64,000 bases of DNA. Source: Bdellovibrionales bacterium. Its GTDB lineage: Bacteria; Bdellovibrionota; Bdellovibrionia; Bdellovibrionales; UBA1609. The position numbers and the translations under genes were made by a program. Positions 46,478-55,748 of the stretch are shown one piece after another (position 1 is the stretch's first letter; every line of letters starts with the position of its first letter). The stretch spans positions 15,937 through 79,936 of the forward strand of contig DAHVQG010000009.1 in the NCBI GenBank assembly GCA_027317865.1, in the 5' to 3' direction. The notes beneath the pieces are model-generated. The model saw only the letters and a list, made by a program, of their open reading frames with translations. It did not search any database and was not told the origin of the DNA.

Positions 46478-47548
46478 TTAGCGATTCAACGCGAAACCCA
46501 GTTTTTGAGCGAATGCTTCGGGTAGCTTCGGCAAACGTGACCTCGGGATAAAAAACGTCGTGAGTTTATAAAAATCCTCGAAGATTTTGTGTTTCTCGGT
46601 TGTTTCGCGCAGATATTTTTCACCGGTTGACCCTCCCGAACCCATGCGGTTACCGAGCATGCGTTTAACCATTAAGGCATGACGGTAGCGCCATTGGGTG
46701 AAATGCGAATCGAGATTCAATACCTCAGTGATTAATCGAAACGGCAAATGAAATATCGGTTGATCGCGATAGAGTTGAATTAAAAATGCGGCGTGAATTG
46801 CGCGATAGCTAAGCCGCCACTCGCCGCGTGCACGCTGCTTTTCGTAAGCGTCTTCATTGAATAAATCCGCAAACATTTGACGCTGACCTTGGATGTTTGC
46901 GTAAAGCCGCGCCTTCTCGGCGTCGTTTAGTGTTTTGTTCTCGCGCACAAATGATTCGTCCTGTTCAAACATCGTGTCGACGGCGCGCCGGTATTCCTCC
47001 CAAAAAGCGAATTCTTTTGTATCAAGAAACGGAGTTCGCGCAAGCCATGCATCTAAACAATCAAAGAGACTAGGCTGTGTTTCAGACTGACGCACGGTTT
47101 TGGACTGGGCCGCTGAAATTTCGATGTAATACGGTTTTTCATGGTAGGGCAGACGATCATCGGGTCTTAAACCCAATTTGTTTTCAAGCAGGCGAAACTG
47201 GTAACTTTGAAAGCCTGAAGCCGAAAAAATCAAATCGCGAAATTCAAGAAAATCCATGGGTGTCATCGTCTCAAGAATGTCAAACTGACCAGCGATGACG
47301 TGAAAAATGAGATTGACGCGCTCAAGCCGCGCCACAACCGTGTCCATTTCGCGTTCTTCGACACGCGTGCGCGATAGCGTTTCAAGCGTAGAATTGAGTT
47401 CAAGAAGAATTTGCTTGAACCATAGCTCATAAGTGTGGTGAACGGTTATGAAAAGCCATTCATCGTGAGCCGGTCGGTTACTTGAAACGCTGAGCGGCTT
47501 TTGCGCAGTTAAAAGTTGATCGAGATGTAAATATTCTTCGTAATTCAT
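46478..47548 (-). CDS. kynA: Tryptophan 2,3-dioxygenase
   Basis: 'YEEYLHLDQLLTAQ', 'HDEWLFITVHHTYELWFK', 'FRDLIFSASGFQSYQFR', 'GSGGSTGEKYL'. Confidence 0.9.
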   Translation of the reverse strand: MNYEEYLHLDQLLTAQKPLSVSSNRPAHDEWLFITVHHTYELWFKQILLELNSTLETLSRTRVEEREMDTVVARLERVNLIFHVIAGQFDILETMTPMDFLEFRDLIFSASGFQSYQFRLLENKLGLRPDDRLPYHEKPYYIEISAAQSKTVRQSETQPSLFDCLDAWLARTPFLDTKEFAFWEEYRRAVDTMFEQDESFVRENKTLNDAEKARLYANIQGQRQMFADLFNEDAYEKQRARGEWRLSYRAIHAAFLIQLYRDQPIFHLPFRLITEVLNLDSHFTQWRYRHALMVKRMLGNRMGSGGSTGEKYLRETTEKHKIFEDFYKLTTFFIPRSRLPKLPEAFAQKLGFALNR

Positions 47549-48621
47549 TGTGGAGCACCCGCTGGTGTCTTAGCACGTACGTGGTCAAGTCGGTCCATAA
47601 AATAATCGATGTCGGCACGGGTTACGTCGAACGAAATCATTAAACGCACCTCAAACGTCGAAAGACCAGGACTTTCATCCCAAACGTAAAAGAACACGTG
47701 CTCGCGTAACTCGCGAACCCAAGATTTAGGGATGCGCGCAAACACGCTATTGGCTTGCACCGGTTGGGTAATCTTCACGTCGCTAACGGTAGACAGACGC
47801 GATTCCAAATACATGGCCAGTTGATGAGTTTCGTGCGCGACCACTCGCCAGAGTTCATTTTCAAAAAAGGCCAAAAACTGCGCGGATAAAAAGCGCATTT
47901 TTGAAGGCAGTTGCATATATTGTTTACGTAAGAACTTGAGGTTTTGTATCGCCTTTTCGGTCGCGGTATTCTTGAACAGCAAAACCGCTTCACCGTACAA
48001 TAAGCCGTTTTTAGTGCCGCCAAACGAAACCGCATCGACCCCCAAATCGCTCGTTAGATCACGAAGCGAGCAGTTTAAGTAGTTGGCCGATTGTACCAAA
48101 CGCGCTCCATCAATATGAAATAATAAATTCTGTTCGCGCGTGAAAGCGCGAAGTTGGCGTAATTCGTTAAGTGTGTAACAGGTGCCGTACTCGGTGCATT
48201 GAGTGATCGAGACCAGTCGGGGTTGCGCAAAATGCTGATCACCTTTACGTATGAGAAGCGCTTCGATTTGGTCTGCGGTTATTTTGCCGTTATGGTTTTC
48301 GCTCGGCAACGTCAGTATTTTACAACCAATGGCGTTTTCGGGGGCTGCACATTCGTCGAGATGCAAATGCGCGGTATCAGCGCAAATGACGGCTTCAAAA
48401 CTCTCAACTAATGCGCGCAAGCAAAGCACATTGGCAGCTGTACCGTTAAACACAAAAAACGTTTCAACGCTTTCACCGAACTGTTTTTTGAACTCATCGA
48501 GTGCTTTTGCAGTCAGTTCGTCAGTGCCATACGAAGGCGCATGACCTGAATTTGATTGCGCCATCGCTTGCCAGACGAGCGGGTGTACTCCTGAATGATT
48601 GTCACTTCCGAGACTTAACAT
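47545..48621 (-). CDS. Threonine-aldolase / beta-eliminating-lyase family PLP enzyme
   Basis: 'LGSDNHSGVHP', 'FNGTAANV', 'VSFGGTKNG' (PLP-Lys region). ATG 48621 follows GGAG. ATGA overlap with kynA and a 20-nt overlap with the upstream gene. Confidence 0.7.
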   Translation of the reverse strand: MLSLGSDNHSGVHPLVWQAMAQSNSGHAPSYGTDELTAKALDEFKKQFGESVETFFVFNGTAANVLCLRALVESFEAVICADTAHLHLDECAAPENAIGCKILTLPSENHNGKITADQIEALLIRKGDQHFAQPRLVSITQCTEYGTCYTLNELRQLRAFTREQNLLFHIDGARLVQSANYLNCSLRDLTSDLGVDAVSFGGTKNGLLYGEAVLLFKNTATEKAIQNLKFLRKQYMQLPSKMRFLSAQFLAFFENELWRVVAHETHQLAMYLESRLSTVSDVKITQPVQANSVFARIPKSWVRELREHVFFYVWDESPGLSTFEVRLMISFDVTRADIDYFMDRLDHVRAKTPAGAPQ

Positions 48622-49555
48622 GGCGAGCTCCGTATAAAAATGTGTGAAACAAAATCGCCGCCAGTTGCGAAGTTTTATTAGCGAAATCAAGTGGCGGCGA
48701 AACTTCGTAAATACCAAACACGCGAATATCCATCTTCGCGGCCATTTGTCTTAATACCGGCAAGAATTCGTTCGGGTCCAGGCCCGTTGCGTAAGATGCA
48801 CTTGCGCCGGGAGCAAACGCGGACGAAAACACATCGATATCGACGCTGAGATAGGTCGGGCGGCGCATTTTCATGAACGGTGCTAAGGCTGCAGTTAGCC
48901 GGCCCTGTACTTTCGAGAGATCAAGGAGCGTGACCTTATGAAATTGTTCGGTCCAGCGACGGTGCGCGAGACTGTTGCAGTGCGGTTGCAGTCCGATTTC
49001 GACAAAATCGAAATTTTGGTGAGCTGTGAGTAACTGGTAAAAACCTGATCCACTGTTGGGGCCGTCAGAGTCGGGTCGCACGTCAAGGTGCGCGTCGAAA
49101 TTAATTACAAGCGGCCGCCGGCCCTGGTAAGAATTGAGAAAGGCGTTACCATCAGAAAACGCGTAATCGTGACCGCCACCCATGGCAAGAGCACGATGAC
49201 CCGCCTGCAGAACACGAGCCACCGTGGAGCTGCCACGAACCTGACGTTCTCGTAAATCTCCAGCCAAATTGAGATTGCCGAGATCGAAAAACGCCGGTTG
49301 CTTATCGCTAGGTGGAGTCATTTTGTAAAGCGCAGTACGAATTGCGTCAGGGGCTTCGCGGGCACCAAGGCGGCCAAAGTTGGCGCGAATGCCGTCGTCG
49401 TCCGGATAGCCGTACAGCACGAAACCCGGCTCCAGGCTTGGGATATCGGATTCGCAAATGACCTTCGCAATTTCGCCCAATCGCACATCGTTAGAGCGCG
49501 GTGATTTGTAAAACAGTGACGAATTGGGAGCGTTAAACGCCGTTGTTTGACTCAT
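48602..49555 (-). CDS. Arginase/ureohydrolase-fold enzyme, formimidoylglutamase-like
   Basis: 'GGGHDYAF', 'NFDAHLDVR', 'SVDIDVF' metal-ligand motifs. Confidence 0.75.
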   Translation of the reverse strand: MSQTTAFNAPNSSLFYKSPRSNDVRLGEIAKVICESDIPSLEPGFVLYGYPDDDGIRANFGRLGAREAPDAIRTALYKMTPPSDKQPAFFDLGNLNLAGDLRERQVRGSSTVARVLQAGHRALAMGGGHDYAFSDGNAFLNSYQGRRPLVINFDAHLDVRPDSDGPNSGSGFYQLLTAHQNFDFVEIGLQPHCNSLAHRRWTEQFHKVTLLDLSKVQGRLTAALAPFMKMRRPTYLSVDIDVFSSAFAPGASASYATGLDPNEFLPVLRQMAAKMDIRVFGIYEVSPPLDFANKTSQLAAILFHTFLYGARHVKSRK

Positions 49556-49598
49556 AGCCTCAGATTGATAACATAGATTTAAAACAAGAGGTAACGAT

Positions 49599-50069
49599 TT
49601 GGCCCATTTACAATGTGCAGGGGTGGTCCCTGGACCACGTTTTGATGTTTACGAATACATGACCTCCCCCGCAAATCTTGCCGAACAGTTAAAAGGTCAC
49701 GTTGAAGTCATTTGGCAAAACCCTGGAATTGATCTGAAAACAGGGTCTGAATTTGTTTTTTCAATGTCTCGCTTCGGCGTGGAGCAACCCATACGATTTG
49801 CTGTTGATCGTATGATTTTGGGTAGTCAATTTACTTACCGTCAAATTAGCGGCGTTTATGCGCGATTTATCCACACGATGAAGTTTGAAGAGCAAAATCC
49901 AAACGAGACCTTGGTCACGGATTGGGTCGACTACGATATGCCGTTTGGATTATTTGGCCGGTTGGCTGACGATTTTTTTGTCCATAAAGATCTTCGTAAA
50001 TTACTTGAAGTTCGGTTCGACCGCGCTCGCGAGCATTTTGAGCAACGCAGTGCTAATGCCAGCGTTTAG
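49599..50069 (+). CDS. SRPBCC/START-like small protein
   Basis: Size and pattern are compatible with Polyketide_cyc2-like folds. TTG start 6 nt after AAGAGGT. The assignment is weak. Confidence 0.45.
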   Translation: MAHLQCAGVVPGPRFDVYEYMTSPANLAEQLKGHVEVIWQNPGIDLKTGSEFVFSMSRFGVEQPIRFAVDRMILGSQFTYRQISGVYARFIHTMKFEEQNPNETLVTDWVDYDMPFGLFGRLADDFFVHKDLRKLLEVRFDRAREHFEQRSANASV

Positions 50070-50106
50070 GCAAATCTAAATGAAAACGTCAAACCGCAAA
50101 AACGGA

Positions 50107-51054
50107 TTAAATTATACCCCGCTTTTTGAGAGCCTCTTGCAGGCCGCGCATGGCTTCGAGGTGCACAAGGCCCATTTTGTCGATCAGCATTTTTTTTAGC
50201 GCTTCTTTGGGGGCGATATCTTCATACAACAAGTAATGATCAAAACTGTTGGCGGCAGAAACAACCATAGACATCAAATCAAGATGGCGCTCGTTTTTGC
50301 CGCGAGGGCCGCTCCCATCAATGTTTTCTTCGTGCTCCGAAACGACAATCAATGTTGTCGGGTCGAAATGTGAGGCTTGATTGAGTCGTTCATAACCCGC
50401 CATCGCGTGCTCTCGATGCAGGTGCTGTTCCGCTTTAGTTAGCTTGTTTGCCGGAACTGAAAAATTGATATTGTTGTACGTATGTTCGATATCATGCAGA
50501 AGCGCGCCGAGCACCATCGGCACTATTTTAAGCGCATGCGTTTCGGCAAGACCCATTTCAAATGATATGGCTAGGGCAAGGGCGGCGACGGTAACTTCGT
50601 GATGAGAAACGCTAAAATCCGTATTTTTCAGATTTAAAAATATATTGAGAATTGCCGGTTCAACTGCAAATAGCTTTACAAATTTTTCGGCATGTTTTTT
50701 GGCTGAGACAAACAGCGACATGTCGGTTGGCGACTCCATCAAATCTTCGGCGGTCGCCTGCAGCAGCCCATGAAGAATTTGTGTACGAACTTCGACGGGC
50801 TTTTGGCCCAAATTTTCAAATACGCGTGAGATGTTTTCGGCAATGTAAGCTTGATAAGCCGCTTCATCGCTTTTTTGAATATACATTCGCGCGAGTTTCT
50901 TGCCACGCAACCGTTCAAGCCGTTCACCTTCAAAACTGTCGCCTTCGCGACAAATCAAAATGTGCTTTCCGGCCACTTGAACATAGGCGTTGAATTTAAT
51001 TCTGGCATCACCGCGCAAGGTACTCACTCGAATCGGTAGAAACTCGTCACTCAT
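50107..51054 (-). CDS. Receiver-less HD-GYP-like protein with a degenerate GYP motif
   Basis: 'LLHDIEH', 'EHEENIDGSGPRG'. The N-terminal ~65-aa module is shared with the REC-HD-GYP proteins. Start at ATG 51054, 4 nt after the queG stop; the track ORF starts at 51090. Confidence 0.75.
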   Translation of the reverse strand: MSDEFLPIRVSTLRGDARIKFNAYVQVAGKHILICREGDSFEGERLERLRGKKLARMYIQKSDEAAYQAYIAENISRVFENLGQKPVEVRTQILHGLLQATAEDLMESPTDMSLFVSAKKHAEKFVKLFAVEPAILNIFLNLKNTDFSVSHHEVTVAALALAISFEMGLAETHALKIVPMVLGALLHDIEHTYNNINFSVPANKLTKAEQHLHREHAMAGYERLNQASHFDPTTLIVVSEHEENIDGSGPRGKNERHLDLMSMVVSAANSFDHYLLYEDIAPKEALKKMLIDKMGLVHLEAMRGLQEALKKRGII

Positions 51055-51058
51055 ACTA

Positions 51059-52114
51059 TCAGTCAATCTCATGGAGGGCCCATGACGCAAGTTCGCCTAG
51101 ACGAGGGTCGGTGAGATAGCGTGAAATCTTGTCTTTTAATTCGCGAAGCCGTAAATTGCCTGCAATCACAATTGCATTACGTTTAAGGCCAAAACCGCGT
51201 GCCCGAGACAGGGGAGTGTGCTCCAGCGCTCGTTCGAGCGACTTTGAGCTCGAATCCAAAATCCAACGCAATTCACCAATCAGTTCGTGAGTTGGCGACT
51301 CGTCTTTTGGGGTCTCGTCAATTGTCGGCGAAATGACTTTTTGATTCCACGGGCACACATCTTGGCAGATATCGCAGCCAAAGAAATGCGACCCGATCGA
51401 TTTACGTAATTCCGGCGCAGGCACCGACTTCGATTCAATAGTCAGATAAGAGATGCATTTTCTTGCGTCAACCACGCGCGGTTCAACAATGGCTTGGGTC
51501 GGGCATGCGTCCATGCAACGTCGGCATCGGCCGCAACGGTCTGGAGCCGTTACGCCCGCAACGGGCAAGCGCAGCGAGGTGACAATCTCTCCGATAAGAA
51601 AGTAACTGCCTTTTCGTTCGTCGATGACACAACTGTTTTTGCCGACCCATCCTAAACCGGCGCGATATGCGAGATCGCGTTCAAGAATCGGCTTCGAATC
51701 CGTGGCCACCGAAAATTCCTCATCGCGAAAACGTTGCTTGAGGGCGTGAGCGGCCTTATTTAACTGGCCGGTCAGCCACACGTGGTAATCGTCAATCCGT
51801 GCATAACTCGCGATATTGAGATGTTGAAATTGATCGATCGCTTTGGCATCCCAACGTTCTGCCCAGGCGGCGGGTTTGTAAAATGCCGCGACAACAATTG
51901 CGGAGTGCGCGCTTAAAGCTTTTTTAATCGGCAGGTGTCGCTCTAAATAAGCCATGTCGCCATGAAACCCTCGTTTGAGCCACAATTCGTAATGGGTCAT
52001 CGACAGGGCCGGTGTAAGCGGGGCCCATCCAAAATGATCAAAACCATGCTCCGCCATGATCGTGCGAAGAATAGGTTCGATCGGCTGTTCCTGTTCTTGT
52101 TCTTGTGACATCAC
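51059..52114 (-). CDS. queG: Epoxyqueuosine reductase
   Basis: Two ferredoxin-type clusters 'CGRCRRCMDACPT' and 'CDICQDVCPWN'. 'GWVGKNSCVI'. HEAT-like tail. Confidence 0.9.
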   Translation of the reverse strand: MMSQEQEQEQPIEPILRTIMAEHGFDHFGWAPLTPALSMTHYELWLKRGFHGDMAYLERHLPIKKALSAHSAIVVAAFYKPAAWAERWDAKAIDQFQHLNIASYARIDDYHVWLTGQLNKAAHALKQRFRDEEFSVATDSKPILERDLAYRAGLGWVGKNSCVIDERKGSYFLIGEIVTSLRLPVAGVTAPDRCGRCRRCMDACPTQAIVEPRVVDARKCISYLTIESKSVPAPELRKSIGSHFFGCDICQDVCPWNQKVISPTIDETPKDESPTHELIGELRWILDSSSKSLERALEHTPLSRARGFGLKRNAIVIAGNLRLRELKDKISRYLTDPRLGELASWALHEID

Positions 52115-52137
52115 CGGCCTTTGAGTAAACTCAGTTT

Positions 52138-53433
52138 ATGTCATTGGCAACAAACGCGCCACTCCATGAGATCTTCGCTCAACATCCGCATTGGCAGCAA
52201 GTTCAGACTGTTGTACGGGCTCTTAGCGCAAAAGGTTTTACTGCTTACCTAGCGGGCGGAGCAGTTCGCGACGCGCTTTTGGGCGAACCCGTGCATGATT
52301 TTGATATTGTGACGAGCGCATTACCCGAAGACCTAGAAGAAATCATTAAGCGCGCAACAGGTAAACACGCGCTCGACATTGGCAAACAGTTTGGAATAAT
52401 GATGATACCGGTCGGCGACGGCAGGGAACGAATTGAAATGGCCACGTTTCGCTCTGATGGGGCATACGTTGACGGACGGCATCCTCAATCGGTGACATTT
52501 GCAAGCGCAGAAGAAGACGCAAAACGGCGCGATTTTACTGTGAACGCCCTTTTTTATGATTTTCAAAAAGACCGAGTAATTGATTTTGTGCAAGGATTGA
52601 AAGATTTAAAAGGCGGCATTATTCGCGCCGTCGGTGAACCCCGCCGACGTTTTCAAGAAGATAAATTACGCCTTTTACGCGCGGTTCGTTTTTCCGCCCA
52701 ACTTGGATTTCAAATTGAGCCTGAAACATATCGCGCGATTCAAGCTCTAGCTGACGAGCTTCGCGTGGTTTCGCGCGAACGGATAACGGCCGAACTCGTG
52801 CGGCTGTCGCAGACTCGTAATGTGGCATCCGGTTTCGCGGCGCTTATCGACACCGGTTTGTTTCGAGTCATTTTTGAGCCGCTTAAATTCATTGAGGTGG
52901 AACAATATCGAAATCGATTTCTTCGCGCTCTTGCGCGCTTAAGCGGTATCGGGTCGCTTGAACTGATTTTGTCACTTATGTTTATCGTTGAAATTGAAGC
53001 GGCAAAGTCACATGGGCGAATCGCGCAGGTTACCGATAAGGTATTGCAGAGTTTGTCGTTGTCTCGAGCCAGTTACCACTACATTCATTTTTTAGTAAAC
53101 GGGGCCAAAAGCCTTCGCGAAGATCCTGAAGCGGCGCTTATGTGTCTTGATACCGAAGAGGGTCCGTTATTGTCTGAACTGGGCTTCGCACTCGAGTCGA
53201 TTGGGTTGTTACCGCACCATCGCGTGGGGCAGATATTGGAACAGTATCTAAAACTGGCGGGTAATTTGGGACGTTTACCTGCTCCTTTTGTAAACGGAAA
53301 CGATTTAAAAGATTTAGGTGTAGCTGCTGGCCCGAAAATTGGTGAAATACTTGCGGTTCTCTACAAGAAACAGTTGCGCGGTGAAATTGTCGACCGCGGC
53401 GAAGCATTGCAAATGGCAAGACAAATACTTTAA
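52138..53433 (+). CDS. cca: CCA-adding enzyme / poly(A) polymerase-family tRNA nucleotidyltransferase
   Basis: 'AYLAGGAVRDALLGEPVHDFDIVT', 'RRDFTVNAL', 'EDKLRLLRAVRF'. Confidence 0.85.
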   Translation: MSLATNAPLHEIFAQHPHWQQVQTVVRALSAKGFTAYLAGGAVRDALLGEPVHDFDIVTSALPEDLEEIIKRATGKHALDIGKQFGIMMIPVGDGRERIEMATFRSDGAYVDGRHPQSVTFASAEEDAKRRDFTVNALFYDFQKDRVIDFVQGLKDLKGGIIRAVGEPRRRFQEDKLRLLRAVRFSAQLGFQIEPETYRAIQALADELRVVSRERITAELVRLSQTRNVASGFAALIDTGLFRVIFEPLKFIEVEQYRNRFLRALARLSGIGSLELILSLMFIVEIEAAKSHGRIAQVTDKVLQSLSLSRASYHYIHFLVNGAKSLREDPEAALMCLDTEEGPLLSELGFALESIGLLPHHRVGQILEQYLKLAGNLGRLPAPFVNGNDLKDLGVAAGPKIGEILAVLYKKQLRGEIVDRGEALQMARQIL

Positions 53434-54803
53434 TTGAGCCTGCGTTTATTCCCCAATTTAGTCGACGGTTCGTCAGGGAGCGCAATTCTTGTGCTTGAAG
53501 ATTGCAACCGCTTCACAAGTGGCGCTTGTTCGTCACGAGCCCTTACCCCTTGAGTGATGTGCGAGAGTACGCCGTCCGGAGAAACTAAATAAAACTGAAA
53601 GTCGCCGAGGGCGATGGACCCTTGTAAGCCTACCAGATACGGGTAAGCGTCCGTTTCTGCGTTCAGTGGTGTTTGATAGATCGTGCCTAATTTTTTGCCG
53701 TCGACCGGATCCCAAACGTCTACAGACCAAACCGGCACAGTTTGAGAGTTCGCGCGGTCAATGTGTTCGTCAATTCCTAGAGTAAGCAGTAGCCCGTCCC
53801 GCTTGCTCCAAGCGACGCGACGCCATTGATCTCCGGGTTGGCCAATTTGAACTGCTTTTTGTGTCAACAAATTATAAACAATCGTCGTTTCTGGCGAGCT
53901 CAAAGCGATTTGAGAATCGTCACTATTCCAGTCCATACCGTAAAGTGACCGGCCAACGTCGACACTCCCATATGTTTTGCCGTCAAAATCATAAAACGTG
54001 AGACGAGAGCCTTGGCGAATGTAAAAACGCGAACCAAGGTCGCTGATGATGATTTTGTCGACCGGCTCTTCGTTCGGCTGTAGGTGAGCGATTACGTTTC
54101 GTTGACCCTCGTCATTGAAAACAACGAGATCATTACCATCTGCGGCGACGATACGCCCTCGTGTTTTATCGATTGCGGCCGCCTGAAATTTTGTTTGTGC
54201 GAGAAGGTCATGGGTTAACATCGCGGGGTCACCCACTGATTTTGGGAGCGTATAAATTTGAATTTGTTTCGGAAGAACCACGGCAACTTGATCATGTGGC
54301 ATAAAGTCGGCATTTAAAATTCCGGAAACACCGGTCGGGAGTTGTACGTCGTGACCCAGGCTTACTAATACTGCGGCACTTTTTTTCGTAAAAACAACCG
54401 CGCGTTTTTTAGATTTAGTCTTATACAGCGGCACAATGTCAGGTCTCAGTCCGACAATTTCGGAGTACAACGTGAAAGGGTTATAGAAATTCATCGCTTT
54501 CTGCCCAATTGACATTTGTTTTACTGGAGAAAACGTGACAACGGTGCCCTTTGAGGTTGACATGATGAGGCTGCCTCGTGAAGGCTCGTCAAAACTTTTG
54601 ATAGCGATGATTGATCCTAGATCCGAAAACATCGTGTAATCGTACGAATCGTGAAAAGAAGTCATATTCAGCATTTGTTTTGCGGTTTCGCGCGGTGAGC
54701 CTGCCAATTCGATCGCGCATTCGTTATCGGCCTTCGCTATCGATGGCAAAACAGATAGAGCTGCGATTAGCGTGCAAAAGATTATAATTGAATGTCTAGT
54801 CAT
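53430..54803 (-). CDS. Secreted beta-propeller-like hypothetical protein
   Basis: Signal 'IIIFCTLIAALSVLPSIAKA'. Repeated strand-rich blocks ('LVVFNDEG', 'LTFYDFDGK', 'IALSSPETTIVYN', 'VAWSKRDGLLL'). Confidence 0.55.
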   Translation of the reverse strand: MTRHSIIIFCTLIAALSVLPSIAKADNECAIELAGSPRETAKQMLNMTSFHDSYDYTMFSDLGSIIAIKSFDEPSRGSLIMSTSKGTVVTFSPVKQMSIGQKAMNFYNPFTLYSEIVGLRPDIVPLYKTKSKKRAVVFTKKSAAVLVSLGHDVQLPTGVSGILNADFMPHDQVAVVLPKQIQIYTLPKSVGDPAMLTHDLLAQTKFQAAAIDKTRGRIVAADGNDLVVFNDEGQRNVIAHLQPNEEPVDKIIISDLGSRFYIRQGSRLTFYDFDGKTYGSVDVGRSLYGMDWNSDDSQIALSSPETTIVYNLLTQKAVQIGQPGDQWRRVAWSKRDGLLLTLGIDEHIDRANSQTVPVWSVDVWDPVDGKKLGTIYQTPLNAETDAYPYLVGLQGSIALGDFQFYLVSPDGVLSHITQGVRARDEQAPLVKRLQSSSTRIALPDEPSTKLGNKRRLN

Positions 54804-54994
54804 CGGTCCCCACCTTGACGGGTAAATGCAAACGTGTCGGCGTTGCGCAAATAAAATAAATAAAATGGCGGGGTTTTACCAAAATAACAGTGAAGGAATG
54901 AGCGTCTTTGGTAAATTTTATTTTATTTTGAGCTCATGAGCCGTTGGCCAAATAACGGCAGCTAATGGATCCGATACTCGGTGCTAATGCAAAA

Positions 54995-55222
54995 TCAGTT
55001 TTTGCGTTCGCTGGTTTTCGAGCTATTTGCAACTTTGGCGTTGGGCGCAGTGGCGGAAGTTGCTTTCATTCCGGTATGGTTACGCCAATTGTATTCGGCG
55101 CCTTGTTGATAGCGAGCGTTCCAGAGGTCCCATTTCTCTTTGGGCAATTCGTGGTGAACGCGGCCCTTCTCGTCAAAAATTTTCGGACTTTTACCAAATA
55201 GAAAATCCAAAATCATGCTCAT
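54995..55222 (-). CDS. Small hydrophilic hypothetical protein
   Basis: The most protein-like of three mutually overlapping ORFs here. No SD seen and the start is uncertain (55216, 55222 or 55258). Confidence 0.35.
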   Translation of the reverse strand: MSMILDFLFGKSPKIFDEKGRVHHELPKEKWDLWNARYQQGAEYNWRNHTGMKATSATAPNAKVANSSKTSERKN

Positions 55223-55235
55223 GCGCACATATTCG

Positions 55236-55529
55236 CTATTTATTGATGCAGGCGTCAATCATATAATCAGCAATATTCGGATCGGGAGTCATGCCATTGT
55301 GGCCTTCTTCGTAAACCTCAACAAGATGCTGTATGCACTGAGTGCGTGCGTCTGAAGCCGCCGCGATTCTTGTGGGGCCGTGACCAACATATTGGCCATA
55401 ACCGTCACGAATTGTGTAGGTCTGGGAACCTGAATTTTGAACCTGTTGATAGCTTCCATTAGCGGTGTTCATCATGGCCCATGCGTTAAGACCGATCATC
55501 AAAGATCCAACTAAAATTAAGGTTTTCAT
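55236..55529 (-). CDS. Small secreted protein (two Cys)
   Basis: Signal 'LILVGSLMIGLNAWA'. GGAGG 8-9 nt upstream of the ATG. Confidence 0.6.
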   Translation of the reverse strand: MKTLILVGSLMIGLNAWAMMNTANGSYQQVQNSGSQTYTIRDGYGQYVGHGPTRIAAASDARTQCIQHLVEVYEEGHNGMTPDPNIADYMIDACINK

Positions 55530-55748
55530 ATTCGATTCCCTCCGTTACTGAATCTAAATGGCAAATGAAGTGCCAGGTGAAAAATCGGAACTAAGCCCCT
55601 AGAATTAATGCAAAAACTGGTGGTTTTACGAAAATAAAAAAGGACCCTTTAATTGCTTTTAATGCGCTTTTTTGGCACTGAACTGTTGAAAAATTAGACA
55701 ACTTAATTTAGAGCTTCGAGCGTACAGTTGTACGGTAGGAGTGAGATT

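Noticed and set aside
55673-55690. Sigma-54 promoter (TGGCAC-N5-TTGC) upstream of the Pro/Trp-rich protein gene
   Set aside because: TGGCAC is present, but the -12 element reads TGTTG with TT where GC is required (GG-N10-TT). It does not fit the consensus.
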